Shown here: one piece after another, positions 49,208-58,209 of the stretch | Numbering within the stretch: position 1 is the first letter of the stretch | Layout: each line of letters opens with the position of its first letter | Virus record (IMG/VR): IMGVR_UViG_3300020185_000011 | DNA from: a virus | Strand: one strand, 5' to 3' | Length of the DNA: 64,000 nt | Made by a program: the position numbers and the translations under genes | Notes under the pieces: generated by a model | Seen by the model: only the letters and a program-made list of their open reading frames with translations | Told to the model about the DNA's origin: nothing | The model's database searches: none

Positions 49208-49515
49208 TGACTACCAACATAGATTTACTATCAGTAATTGAGCTCATTGAAAAATGGCACTACGACAGAAACCTTATTGAAGGTGCAACAGATAAAGACC
49301 AAGTATGTAAACTTATCCAAGAGGTGGGTGAACTATCGGACAATGTCTGTAAAGAAAAAGATGTAGCCGATGATATTGGTGACATCATTGTCGTATTAAT
49401 TAACATTGCAGCTAGAAATGGACTAGGTCTACAACATTGTCTAAATGTTGCATATCATGACATCAAAGACCGTAAGGGACGTATGGTCGATGGGATTTTT
49501 ATTAAGGAAGAGTAA
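49207..49515 (+). CDS. mazG: MazG-like nucleotide pyrophosphohydrolase
   Basis: KLIQEVGEL, DDIGDIIVVL, AY.DIKDRKG. Confidence 0.85.
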   Translation: MTTNIDLLSVIELIEKWHYDRNLIEGATDKDQVCKLIQEVGELSDNVCKEKDVADDIGDIIVVLINIAARNGLGLQHCLNVAYHDIKDRKGRMVDGIFIKEE

Positions 49516-50126
49516 TGCACGATTGTGTTGTTATGTTTAGTGGTGGAGTTGAATCCACTGCATTATTGAACTGGTGTGTAGAGAAAGGTAAGAAACCTAT
49601 TGCCCTGCATTCACTATGGGACAATCCTATCACGACAGCAAATCAACTACATAGTAATATTACACAAATATGTGATATACTGGATGTTGATTTGATTACT
49701 CATAAGCATCCTAAATATGACCATGAAGAAAGGTCAGAAGAATACTTTCATTCTGCACGACACTGGTCAGTCGCATGTTTAAGTGCGTTGACTCAGTTCC
49801 CACATATAGAGGAATACTATTGGGGTGTCAACAGTGGAATGATAAATTATGCTGATGACCACAAGCATCATTCTGATTGGCCATGGGTACCACGTGCATG
49901 GGAATTTCAAATGGTGTTTGAGTTCTATGCGAGATTGATGAATAAGAACCACAACTACAGACTTTACCCACCATTAGGTGGTCAGACTAAGTTAAACCAG
50001 TGGAATTCAATACCGTCAGAAATCAGAACACTAGTCAATTCATGCGCTTTGGGTTACCCAAATCAATGTGGGGAATGTTCTAAGTGTGTGGAATTTAAAC
50101 ATTTAACAAGAATAACGGGATTTTAA
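49515..50126 (+). CDS. QueC-like PP-loop ATPase
   Basis: MFSGGVEST; C-terminal SC...CGECSKC. Confidence 0.7.
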   Translation: MHDCVVMFSGGVESTALLNWCVEKGKKPIALHSLWDNPITTANQLHSNITQICDILDVDLITHKHPKYDHEERSEEYFHSARHWSVACLSALTQFPHIEEYYWGVNSGMINYADDHKHHSDWPWVPRAWEFQMVFEFYARLMNKNHNYRLYPPLGGQTKLNQWNSIPSEIRTLVNSCALGYPNQCGECSKCVEFKHLTRITGF

Positions 50127-50127
50127 T

Positions 50128-50349
50128 ATGATAGAAATATTTGGAAAAACACAATGTCCATTCTGTGATAAAGCAAAAGCTTTATGTGAACAGAAAGGAC
50201 TAGAATACACTTATAAACAGTTGGATACTGATTTCACTAGAGAAGAACTCTTTGAGGAATTTCCAACTGCACGAACATTTCCACAAATCAGAGTGGATGG
50301 AAATGCTATTGGTGGATATGACCAACTTGCAGAGTTTGTAAAAGACTAA
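50128..50349 (+). CDS. nrdC: glutaredoxin
   Basis: CPFC, RTFPQI, IGGYDQL. Confidence 0.92.
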   Translation: MIEIFGKTQCPFCDKAKALCEQKGLEYTYKQLDTDFTREELFEEFPTARTFPQIRVDGNAIGGYDQLAEFVKD

Positions 50350-50594
50350 TGAATTCTGTTCACGTATACTTACGAAGACCACATCAACAAACGGCTGATG
50401 ATATGAGATTAGAGCATATTGCACGTACAGTCGATAAGGACTTAGTCGAAGTCAGAGTATATACATGTGGAGAGGATTTCTTCAATAATGACATACCCGA
50501 GGGTAGAACACTGCCTTATGGTGTTATTGATGGGAAAACCAAGTCAAATGACAACTTTTTTAATGAAATAGTAGGAGAAAAAATTGAAGATTAG
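50349..50594 (+). CDS. hypothetical protein (degenerate glutaredoxin-like?)
   Basis: 81-aa coupled ORF containing RTLPYGVIDG. Confidence 0.55.
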   Translation: MNSVHVYLRRPHQQTADDMRLEHIARTVDKDLVEVRVYTCGEDFFNNDIPEGRTLPYGVIDGKTKSNDNFFNEIVGEKIED

Positions 50595-50733
50595 GATACA
50601 TTGTTCGGATTGTAAATCTGAATGTTTAGTCATTCATGAGATGGATGCACACCCATATGGAATAGACCATTGTCCCTTCTGTGGTGCAGAGATTGACGAG
50701 GATATGCAAGAGGAGTTAGAAGAAGACGAATAA
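50584..50733 (+). CDS. 49-aa zinc-ribbon protein (not in ORF track)
   Basis: TTG start after AGGAG; CSDC...CPFCG, acidic tail. Confidence 0.65.
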   Translation: MKIRIHCSDCKSECLVIHEMDAHPYGIDHCPFCGAEIDEDMQEELEEDE

Positions 50734-50737
50734 GGCC

Positions 50738-50767
50738 TTGACAATGACCTAGCAATTTTGATATAAT
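50738..50767 (+). promoter_or_regulatory. sigma70-type early promoter
   Basis: GCC-TTGACA-ATG, 18 nt, TATAAT. Confidence 0.8.
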
Positions 50768-50768
50768 T

Positions 50769-51212
50769 ATGGCACGACTACAGAGAAAGGAAATATACCC
50801 TTTGATTGACATTCAAATTAATGGTCAAATTGCACAAAAACGGCGTATCAGAACTTATATTAAGTCATGTATTGCCTATTTATCGCCCAGATTACGTAAA
50901 GATATAAGAATAGAACTAAACGTTCTAACCACCCTAGAAGAATCAGCTTATGCACACTGTTATGGAGACCGAAATGGGGTTCAAATCGACCTAGCACGAT
51001 GCTCAGGGCATCTAAAGTTCTCCTTAGAGGAGCAGATGTTGAACCTTGCACACGAATTAGTCCATGCAAAACAGTTCATTACAGGACAATTGAGTCCAAT
51101 TAAACAGAATTGGAAGAAAAAAGACTATTCCACAACCCCTTATAGCCGTCAACCATGGGAGCGTGAGGCATATGCAAAGGAAGAAAAACTATACAAAATA
51201 TTTTGGGAATAG
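50769..51212 (+). CDS. HEXXH metallopeptidase-like protein (true start possibly TTG 50802)
   Basis: LAHELVHAKQF...PWEREAY. Confidence 0.8.
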   Translation: MARLQRKEIYPLIDIQINGQIAQKRRIRTYIKSCIAYLSPRLRKDIRIELNVLTTLEESAYAHCYGDRNGVQIDLARCSGHLKFSLEEQMLNLAHELVHAKQFITGQLSPIKQNWKKKDYSTTPYSRQPWEREAYAKEEKLYKIFWE

Positions 51213-51224
51213 GCCCGAAATGCC

Positions 51225-51254
51225 TTGACAATGGCCCCTGTTTTAGGTTATACT
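51225..51254 (+). promoter_or_regulatory. sigma70-type early promoter (leaderless)
   Basis: GCC-TTGACA 51225-51230, TATACT 51249-51254, ATG 51261. Confidence 0.8.
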
Positions 51255-51260
51255 ATACGT

Positions 51261-51764
51261 ATGGAAAATAAAAGAGTAAAGAGAATCTTCATCGATATGG
51301 ATGGAGTACTAGCCGATTTCAACACTGGAGTTGAAACATTGACAGGGAGAGAGTTCCCTAACACCGACCAAGGTCATAACGATTATGACGAAAGGAAGGA
51401 AGAGTTAACGAACAAGAGATTGTTCAGAAACTTACCACCTATGCCTGATATGTATGATTTGGTTGGGTATGTAAGACACACTGGATTGCCTTGGGAAATC
51501 CTAACTGCAGCTGGTGTGATTAACAGAGAATTGGTCGTTTACGACAAGAATGAGTGGATTAGAGAACATGTCAGTCCAACAGTGGTAGTCACTTGTACTA
51601 TGACTGGTAGTCAAAAAGGTATGTTTGCAATCAAAGGGAGTGTCCTTATTGATGACAGACAAAAGAACCTTGATGCATGGGTAGAACATGGTGGAATAGG
51701 TATCCTTCACACGAGTGCAGAAGATACTATTGCACAGTTGAAAGAGTTAAGAAACGGTGAATAA
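51261..51764 (+). CDS. HAD-family 5'(3')-deoxyribonucleotidase
   Basis: IDMDGVLADF, ILTA, LIDDR..N..AW...GGIGILH. Confidence 0.9.
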   Translation: MENKRVKRIFIDMDGVLADFNTGVETLTGREFPNTDQGHNDYDERKEELTNKRLFRNLPPMPDMYDLVGYVRHTGLPWEILTAAGVINRELVVYDKNEWIREHVSPTVVVTCTMTGSQKGMFAIKGSVLIDDRQKNLDAWVEHGGIGILHTSAEDTIAQLKELRNGE

Positions 51765-51765
51765 T

Positions 51766-51842
51766 GCCCTTGTAGCTCAACTGGATAGAGCAACAGCCTT
51801 CTAAGCTGTAGGTTAGAGGTTCAAGTCCTCTCGGGGGTGCCA
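51766..51842 (+). tRNA. tRNA-Arg(UCU)
   Basis: GCCCTTG/CGGGGGT acceptor, anticodon CT-TCT-AA, TTCAAGT, CCA. Confidence 0.93.
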
Positions 51843-51906
51843 CCGTTTTACAGTGACACTAAATAAGAGTATGGATTAATTCCATACTTTTTGGTATATA
51901 AAAATT

Positions 51907-52539
51907 ATGAGACGAGAAATACATCGACAACAACAAGAACAAGAACGAACTATAGAAGACTTGGGTGAGCATGTTCTGTTATACCAAGGTTTTGCCACGG
52001 ATGAGTTTATTGACTATGTGTTAGACATATATCAGAAGTGTGAAGACCGTGGTTTAACACTACCAAGAAAGTCCTACGATACACAAATCATTACATCCAA
52101 ATCAGACGATGCAATCAGCATCACTTCAGTACCCGAATCATATTTCGGTGGTCAGATGAATCGATTACTAGACATCTTCGAAGAGGAAGGTGGGGTAATT
52201 GATAGTTGGTTTGACAAGTACCCAGTCCGAGACAACTACAGGGGTCTTATGGTCAGTGGTGCAAAGATTCAAAAGACACTACCACAACAAGGATATCATG
52301 TCTGGCATTGTGAACATTGTAATTGTCCATCAAGCAGTAAATCCCTACTGGCATGGGCAATCTTCCTAAATGACGTGGAAGAGGGGGGTGAGTTAGAATT
52401 CCTATATCAATCATTACGTATCAAACCAAAGAGAGGTGACATTGTATTGTGGCCTGCTGGTTTTACGCATATGCATAGAGGCAACCCACCATTGAAGGGA
52501 GAGAAGAAAATAATAACAGGATGGATAGACTATGCTTAA
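51907..52539 (+). CDS. 2OG-Fe(II) oxygenase
   Basis: GYHVWHCE, FLNDVEEGGELEF, WPAGFTHMHRGNPP, KKIITGW. Confidence 0.9.
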   Translation: MRREIHRQQQEQERTIEDLGEHVLLYQGFATDEFIDYVLDIYQKCEDRGLTLPRKSYDTQIITSKSDDAISITSVPESYFGGQMNRLLDIFEEEGGVIDSWFDKYPVRDNYRGLMVSGAKIQKTLPQQGYHVWHCEHCNCPSSSKSLLAWAIFLNDVEEGGELEFLYQSLRIKPKRGDIVLWPAGFTHMHRGNPPLKGEKKIITGWIDYA

Positions 52540-52792
52540 AAAGATAGGAGTATTCATGCGTAGAGGGGTATGGGTCATTTGGGAATGGCTGAAATCCCTA
52601 TTCAAAGCAGAATACAAGATTACAATCTACCGTCAATCGGAAGGTGGTAATATGTACAAGTCGGAATATGTATCAAGAAATGTCATGATTAATAGACCGA
52701 AACATTTAAAATTCAAAGACTATGAAACCAAGAACGTAGTAGAGATACGTTCGGTCAAAGGACTTGAAGTAAAAATAGAGGAGATAGATTAA
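52532..52792 (+). CDS. hypothetical protein
   Basis: 86-aa coupled ORF. Confidence 0.6.
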   Translation: MLKKIGVFMRRGVWVIWEWLKSLFKAEYKITIYRQSEGGNMYKSEYVSRNVMINRPKHLKFKDYETKNVVEIRSVKGLEVKIEEID

Positions 52793-53175
52793 TGAATCAA
52801 TTAACTATGGGTCTTCTAGTAGCAGTGGGATTGTTTTGTTTCTTTTTGTATAATGAGAATCAAACACTTACCCAAAATAACATTAAGTTAGAAGCTGCAG
52901 TAGAAGAACAACAACGTGCTATGGAAGTAATGAAAGAACAGTTTGAGAAACAGGGTAAAGCATTACAAAACATGAGTCGTAAAAATGCATCGATTGAAGC
53001 AGAAAAGGCGGAGTATCTACAGATATTCCAAAGACATAATTTAAACGCTCTTGCAGTTGCAAAGCCTGGTATAATGACAGGTAAGTTCAATCGTGGAACT
53101 GATAGAGTATTTGAGGGAATAGAAGATGATACACAAGAAATTTATAATCTTGACGAGTCTAATCGCGACGATTAG
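52792..53175 (+). CDS. putative inner-membrane spanin (Rz-like)
   Basis: Single N-terminal TM plus long coiled coil; overlaps the downstream lipoprotein. Confidence 0.6.
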   Translation: MNQLTMGLLVAVGLFCFFLYNENQTLTQNNIKLEAAVEEQQRAMEVMKEQFEKQGKALQNMSRKNASIEAEKAEYLQIFQRHNLNALAVAKPGIMTGKFNRGTDRVFEGIEDDTQEIYNLDESNRDD

Positions 53176-53671
53176 TGGTTGTAGTTTATTAGGAACCAAG
53201 CAGATTGAGGTTGTATCTGCACCTATTGAAATAGATATCATTCAACCTACATTACCAAGACCTATTGAAATGACTGCACCTACATGGTTTGTTGTATCAG
53301 AGGCAAAGAAAGATAACCTATGCAGAAAGACCCTATCATTTGACCCTAAGAAGTTCGATGAAGAGGGTGTAGAACAACTTAAACGTCCTAAGACATGTAA
53401 CCTTGAGGACAGAGACAATCCCGAGTGGCCAGTTGGTTACACACACCTTGATTATTTCTTAGATGAAATGAAAGAACAGAATGGTGGTGAGGTTGTATTC
53501 GTTGCGACTACCATAGGAGACTATGAGGTCATGAGTGCAAACATGCAAGAACTCAAACGATACATAAAGCAATTAGGTGAAGTAGTTGTATACTACAGAA
53601 ACGTTACTATCAAAACCCCGAAAGGAAATGAGAAGGGGGTTGCAGTTAAAATAGAGAAGGCGGATGACTAA
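53126..53671 (+). CDS. putative outer-membrane spanin lipoprotein (Rz1-like)
   Basis: Lipobox ISGC, Pro-rich segment, C-terminal NMQELKRYIKQ helix. Confidence 0.6.
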   Translation: MIHKKFIILTSLIATISGCSLLGTKQIEVVSAPIEIDIIQPTLPRPIEMTAPTWFVVSEAKKDNLCRKTLSFDPKKFDEEGVEQLKRPKTCNLEDRDNPEWPVGYTHLDYFLDEMKEQNGGEVVFVATTIGDYEVMSANMQELKRYIKQLGEVVVYYRNVTIKTPKGNEKGVAVKIEKADD

Positions 53672-53909
53672 GTGGTTTGACAAATTTGTAGATTGGGCTT
53701 GGCAAGAAGATAAAGAAATCGTGTATGATGTGTCGATAGAACCTAAAAAAATCGACATGATGGAAGATGATGTTGACCCCAACGACATATCAATTGAGAA
53801 TGCGTACAAGACAAGATGGATTTGGTATCATACCATTCTTGCAATCGGTATCTTCATGACAAACATATTACTAATATCAATTTTACTATTATTGGCGATT
53901 AAACTATGA
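53664..53909 (+). CDS. small membrane protein
   Basis: C-terminal TM after NAYKTRWIWYHTIL. Confidence 0.65.
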   Translation: MTKWFDKFVDWAWQEDKEIVYDVSIEPKKIDMMEDDVDPNDISIENAYKTRWIWYHTILAIGIFMTNILLISILLLLAIKL

Positions 53910-54661
53910 AACCTGCGAAACAAGACCAACAGAAGTTTCAACCAGCACGACATAGGGTGATACCTATGTTTGCGACACCATTCTTGAGGGGTCAATTAGA
54001 TTACTCACCAGGCTTGGTGAAGAGAGATATAGACAAGTTGATTGACCATGTTGCTGGAAAGAGTAACAAGGACAAGTTGTCTAATTACACATCATACTTT
54101 GATGAGGACATAAGAACTCAAACTCATATCTTACCATGGTTCAAGGATTTCTCAAACACAATCAAAGATACCTATATCGAGTTCGTAAGAACACAATTCG
54201 ATAGAGATGTTAGACAATACTGCAGAGACGATATACATCTGTTTGCATGGGTCAACAGATATGATGCAGAGCATCAACACGAAATACACAATCACGTAGA
54301 TTCACATATGAGTGGTACATGGTATATCAATTCATCCGACAGACCAATCAAGTTTTGGAATCCTAACATGGCTGCATGTCATGTACATAATGGAGTTGAG
54401 GATTTGAGAACGTTCAATGATAAACCCCATATGGAGTTTACTGGATGTACTGGATTTCAGTCTGATATGATGTTCTACCCAACGGCTGGTGATTTCCTAC
54501 TTTGGCCGTCTTATTTGATGCATGCTGTTCCACCGTCTATGGAATCAGAAAGCAAAGAACTGAGATATTCACTATCATTCAACCTTAAACTAAGAGAACA
54601 ATTCAACAGCAATACTACTGGTGACAATATGTCATATCGTCACCTTTTTGACGGCAAATAA
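53906..54661 (+). CDS. 2OG-Fe(II) oxygenase (TIGR02466-like)
   Basis: AWVNRY...HEIHNH...SGTWY, WPSYLMHAV, RYSLSFN. Confidence 0.85.
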   Translation: MKPAKQDQQKFQPARHRVIPMFATPFLRGQLDYSPGLVKRDIDKLIDHVAGKSNKDKLSNYTSYFDEDIRTQTHILPWFKDFSNTIKDTYIEFVRTQFDRDVRQYCRDDIHLFAWVNRYDAEHQHEIHNHVDSHMSGTWYINSSDRPIKFWNPNMAACHVHNGVEDLRTFNDKPHMEFTGCTGFQSDMMFYPTAGDFLLWPSYLMHAVPPSMESESKELRYSLSFNLKLREQFNSNTTGDNMSYRHLFDGK

Positions 54662-54669
54662 ATAATATT

Positions 54670-55368
54670 ATGAAAAAGACTTACGCACTTGATGAGCTGT
54701 ATGCAATCAACCCCAAACTAGATTATGAATTCGAGAATGGTGTTCTCACAATACACGATTTCTTTGAGAACCCCGAAGACATATATGACCACATCTCAAG
54801 TAGACAGTACCCTATGTGGAAATACTCTACAGAAAGAGATTCACCCAATGGTACCGTATACAATGATTGTCGTATTACAGACAAGATAGGACATCCTACT
54901 AGAGTCGGGATTAATGAAATGGATAGAATCCTAGAACTATGTAGAAAATACTGGTGGACAGGAGACTATGACTACAAACAGATTCATGAGTTTAATTGTT
55001 TTCAAACAATAACAGAGTTTGATACTAGAATGCAACACTACCCACACATCGACAGTGATTTCATCACACCCGATGATAAGTCCACATTGAATATGTTAGT
55101 ATACATGGATAAAGAAGAGAGCGGTGGAACTGCAGTATATAAAGGTGAGTGGATTACCAACATGGAACATATGGGTGTTCTATATCCAGTTGAAGAAGAG
55201 TTTGAGATTGATTACATCATACCAGCCAAATACAACACATGTGTTATTTTCACTGGTAACAAATTACATGGTGCATGGATAGATGATTACACCAAATATT
55301 GTGAAGACAAATGGAGATACTCATACGTGAGATTCTTCCACCCTGTACCAAATCATAGAGACAGATAA
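54670..55368 (+). CDS. 2OG-Fe(II) oxygenase-like (DUF6445-like)
   Basis: IHDFFENP, PHID, GGTAVY, KYNTCVIF...LHGA, R. Confidence 0.75.
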   Translation: MKKTYALDELYAINPKLDYEFENGVLTIHDFFENPEDIYDHISSRQYPMWKYSTERDSPNGTVYNDCRITDKIGHPTRVGINEMDRILELCRKYWWTGDYDYKQIHEFNCFQTITEFDTRMQHYPHIDSDFITPDDKSTLNMLVYMDKEESGGTAVYKGEWITNMEHMGVLYPVEEEFEIDYIIPAKYNTCVIFTGNKLHGAWIDDYTKYCEDKWRYSYVRFFHPVPNHRDR

Positions 55369-56012
55369 TGCCGATACGAAAACTAGTAGTCAGTACACAA
55401 GTAGTCAAAGATGCTTCACATGAGTATGAGGAGACTGCATCCAATCTACTAATGATTGCAGATAGCGTATTGACACAAGAGTCATGTGATGTTATTATAA
55501 ATGTAATGGATAGAATGGTAATATCCGAAGTTTTCCAAGAGGATAATGGACAGATATGTGCCAAAGAACTGTCTGTTATGGATAAATCATGGAGATACGA
55601 ACATCCACGTACTGGACACGATGTGACTGTACTGGAACAAGGTACTACACCATTCGAGGAAGTTCTAGACTTAGTGGAGCCATATCTTCCTAAAACTGCA
55701 GAGTTTGGAGAAATAACGTATGCTACGATAATGAAATATCCAACGGATACAATGTTCCAATGGCATAAAGATGAAGCAGACCAAGATGATACAGGTACAA
55801 CAATCTTTATGTTGAATGACAATTATCAAGGTGGACGTTTGAATGTCGAAGGACATATCTTACAACCACGAACAGGAACCATGGTTGCATTCAACAATTC
55901 CACTGAAAGGTGGCATGGAGTGGAACCTCTCTTTCAAGGTGAAAGATACGTTCTAGCAATATGGTTTAAACGACATAACGAAGAAGGAAGTGACTTCGAT
56001 GAACAAGATTAA
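55368..56012 (+). CDS. 2OG-Fe(II) oxygenase
   Basis: WHKD, LNDNYQGG, WHGVEP...GERYVLAIWF. Confidence 0.88.
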   Translation: MPIRKLVVSTQVVKDASHEYEETASNLLMIADSVLTQESCDVIINVMDRMVISEVFQEDNGQICAKELSVMDKSWRYEHPRTGHDVTVLEQGTTPFEEVLDLVEPYLPKTAEFGEITYATIMKYPTDTMFQWHKDEADQDDTGTTIFMLNDNYQGGRLNVEGHILQPRTGTMVAFNNSTERWHGVEPLFQGERYVLAIWFKRHNEEGSDFDEQD

Positions 56013-56172
56013 ATGTAGTGAGTGTAAAAAAGAACTAGATATGACACAAGTCAAATACCACACACCAATCAACCAAAAACCAGTGCATGTTTTTTGTGAT
56101 GCATATTGTAGTCATGACTGGCATGTTAAACATAAACCCCGAACCAAGGAGCAAAATGCCGACAAAATTTAA
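55999..56172 (+). CDS. small zinc-finger protein
   Basis: CSEC...FCDAYCS. Confidence 0.6.
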   Translation: MNKIKCSECKKELDMTQVKYHTPINQKPVHVFCDAYCSHDWHVKHKPRTKEQNADKI

Positions 56173-56395
56173 ACCAACCCAAAAAACCGTTGCACGTGGA
56201 ACAGGAAAAGTTTCAGTAACACATTATTATATGAAATCTACTCCACTGAAAGAGCTTATTGAAGAATACAATAAGATACTTACACAACGAGGGAAAGGTA
56301 AATTGCGTCAGAAGATTGCAAACGAGTTCGTGAGAAGAAGAAAGAATGGATTGCCACATGCAGTCCTTACTGAAAAGAGGTCAGATGAAGAATAG
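56156..56395 (+). CDS. small basic conserved phage protein
   Basis: MPTKFKP...THYYMKS; AAGGAG RBS. Confidence 0.65.
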   Translation: MPTKFKPTQKTVARGTGKVSVTHYYMKSTPLKELIEEYNKILTQRGKGKLRQKIANEFVRRRKNGLPHAVLTEKRSDEE

Positions 56396-57014
56396 CCCTG
56401 AAGGTGAACTCATCACACCATTCGGCCCACCAGTTTGGGTTGGAAAGATGGATATGGATGTCATCGATGAAGTTAATCGAGATATAGAATCACGTAGATA
56501 CAACAAAGACCACAAGATAGGTGCAGACTTACTTGCTGGTAGAGTTGATACACAAGTATCCATTGAAGATGTAGTAACCGAGAATACAAAGAGTCACATT
56601 CTAGACCATGTAGTGACATGGGCCCAACAGATAGGTATGGAAGTTTACAGTGAACAGCTGCAAATAGAGGGCCTTTGGGTTAATCTACAGAAAGAATTTG
56701 AATACAATCCTATTCATGCACATGATGGTATGTTTAGTTTCGTATTCTACACAAAGAACACCATCAAACGAGATGTCGCTATCAATAATCAATTTGATAG
56801 GGCCACAACGAAAGAGTCTAGACCACTTGCTGGTCATATAGACTTACATTATGGAGAGAACAATTTTATGAATTGGACATCCATGTCACATTACCCCGAG
56901 AAGGGAGATATACTTATCTTCCCATCGTGGTTGAATCATTCTGTCTACCCATTCCATGACCCACAAGGTGAAAGGATATCGGTAGCAGGTAACGTACACT
57001 ATAAAACGGTGTAA
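56385..57014 (+). CDS. 2OG-Fe(II) oxygenase (TIGR02466-like)
   Basis: LWVNLQKEFEYNPIHAHDG, FPSWLNHSVYPF, RISVAGN. Confidence 0.85.
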   Translation: MKNSPEGELITPFGPPVWVGKMDMDVIDEVNRDIESRRYNKDHKIGADLLAGRVDTQVSIEDVVTENTKSHILDHVVTWAQQIGMEVYSEQLQIEGLWVNLQKEFEYNPIHAHDGMFSFVFYTKNTIKRDVAINNQFDRATTKESRPLAGHIDLHYGENNFMNWTSMSHYPEKGDILIFPSWLNHSVYPFHDPQGERISVAGNVHYKTV

Positions 57015-57028
57015 AGGAGAAGTAATTT

Positions 57029-57190
57029 ATGGCATTTTGGGATAAATTCACAGACTGGTTAGGATTTGAATGGGTCAGAGCAAGAGACGAGAAAGGTCGT
57101 TTTGTTGCAGACGATAAATCTACACCTAACATAGACGAGTCTAAAAAGAAAGTCTATAAGTCAAGAAAGACAAAACAAATTAAAGAATAG
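57029..57190 (+). CDS. 53-aa protein (not in ORF track)
   Basis: AAGGAG RBS; MAFWDKFTDW...RARDEKGRFVADDKSTP. Confidence 0.65.
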   Translation: MAFWDKFTDWLGFEWVRARDEKGRFVADDKSTPNIDESKKKVYKSRKTKQIKE

Positions 57191-57196
57191 TTTACT

Positions 57197-57272
57197 GGGG
57201 CTATAGCTCAGTTGGGAGAGCGACTGGTTTGCAATCAGTAGGTCGTGGGTTCGATTCCCTCTAGCTCCACCA
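57197..57272 (+). tRNA. tRNA-Ala(UGC)
   Basis: GGGGCTA/TAGCTCC acceptor with G3:U70, anticodon TT-TGC-AA, TTCGATT, CCA. Confidence 0.93.
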
Positions 57273-57319
57273 GTACTAATCATGATAATAAAATCATGAT
57301 AATAAAAAAAGGAGAATAT

Positions 57320-57961
57320 ATGAAAAATATATTAGCAACATTATTGTTTACAGTAATGTCATTTGGAGTCTTAGCAGATGAAAGAGCAGGGGTGGAATCA
57401 ACACCATCATTTTCTTTCACTGGTGAGATAGGTTATAAATCAGACTATGTATGGAGAGGTGTCTCACAAGGAAACCAACCAGCATTGTCAGTCGGTGGTT
57501 TGGTTCTTCACGAGGGAACTGGACTATATGTTGGTGCATGGAACTCAGACGTTGAGTTTGATGATGCAACCAGTGAGACAGATTTCTATGGTGGTCTATT
57601 ACTACCTATAACCGACAAGGTAACATTGAACGTTGGGTATATCAGATATACATACGATGGGTCAGTGGAATCTTTTGAAGAGTTATATGCAGCTGCAGAT
57701 ATTGGCAACCTATCCTTATCATACTATCAAGATATTGATACGAATGATAACTATGCCGAGATTGGATATGACCTATGGTTCATTCCAGTATTGGACGTAA
57801 CATTGGTTGGTGGTCTATATGACAGTGAAGATACATTCGGTCAACTCAATGTGAGTTATGACTTGAATGAGAGTTTTACCTTAACAGGTATGATTGGTCA
57901 AGATGTGTTCGAAGACCAAGTTGCAGATAGTATATCAGTAGGATTACTATACAACTTCTAA
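57320..57961 (+). CDS. outer-membrane beta-barrel protein (TorF / TIGR02001-like)
   Basis: Signal peptide; SDYVWRGVSQ, GLYVGAW.S.V, ETDFYGG, C-terminal YNF. Confidence 0.85.
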   Translation: MKNILATLLFTVMSFGVLADERAGVESTPSFSFTGEIGYKSDYVWRGVSQGNQPALSVGGLVLHEGTGLYVGAWNSDVEFDDATSETDFYGGLLLPITDKVTLNVGYIRYTYDGSVESFEELYAAADIGNLSLSYYQDIDTNDNYAEIGYDLWFIPVLDVTLVGGLYDSEDTFGQLNVSYDLNESFTLTGMIGQDVFEDQVADSISVGLLYNF

Positions 57962-57980
57962 GTTGTTGATTCACCTATAT

Positions 57981-58010
57981 ATAAGTGTGACACATAAATG
58001 TCACACTTAT
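57981..58010. repeat. perfect 12-bp inverted repeat
   Basis: ATAAGTGTGACA-CATAAA-TGTCACACTTAT. Confidence 0.85.
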
Positions 58011-58091
58011 GTAACAAGTACGATACAAGAGTAAGTAGATTAAGTTCGAAGTCCGAGTATCAGATTGTTACGACAAATATAGGAGATAAAA

Positions 58092-58205
58092 ATGCAATAT
58101 TACGCATCATTGTCTGCCTCGTATCTTAGGACACTAGCAGACAAATTTAACGATATGATGAAGAGTGGTGACATACACGTTCTTGTAGAAGAAATGTTTA
58201 AATAG
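58092..58205 (+). CDS. 37-aa small ORF (not in ORF track)
   Basis: AGGAG RBS; MQYYASLSASYLRTLADKFNDMMKSGDIHVLVEEMFK. Confidence 0.55.
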   Translation: MQYYASLSASYLRTLADKFNDMMKSGDIHVLVEEMFK

Positions 58206-58209
58206 CCAG

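Noticed and set aside
57245-57319. N-terminal extension of the porin ORF given in the track
   Set aside because: It overlaps tRNA-Ala; the AGGAG-preceded ATG at 57320 gives a proper signal peptide
57986-58005. TGTGA...TCACA as a CRP site responding to the phage cyclase
   Set aside because: Half-sites are 10 nt apart, not the 6 nt CRP requires
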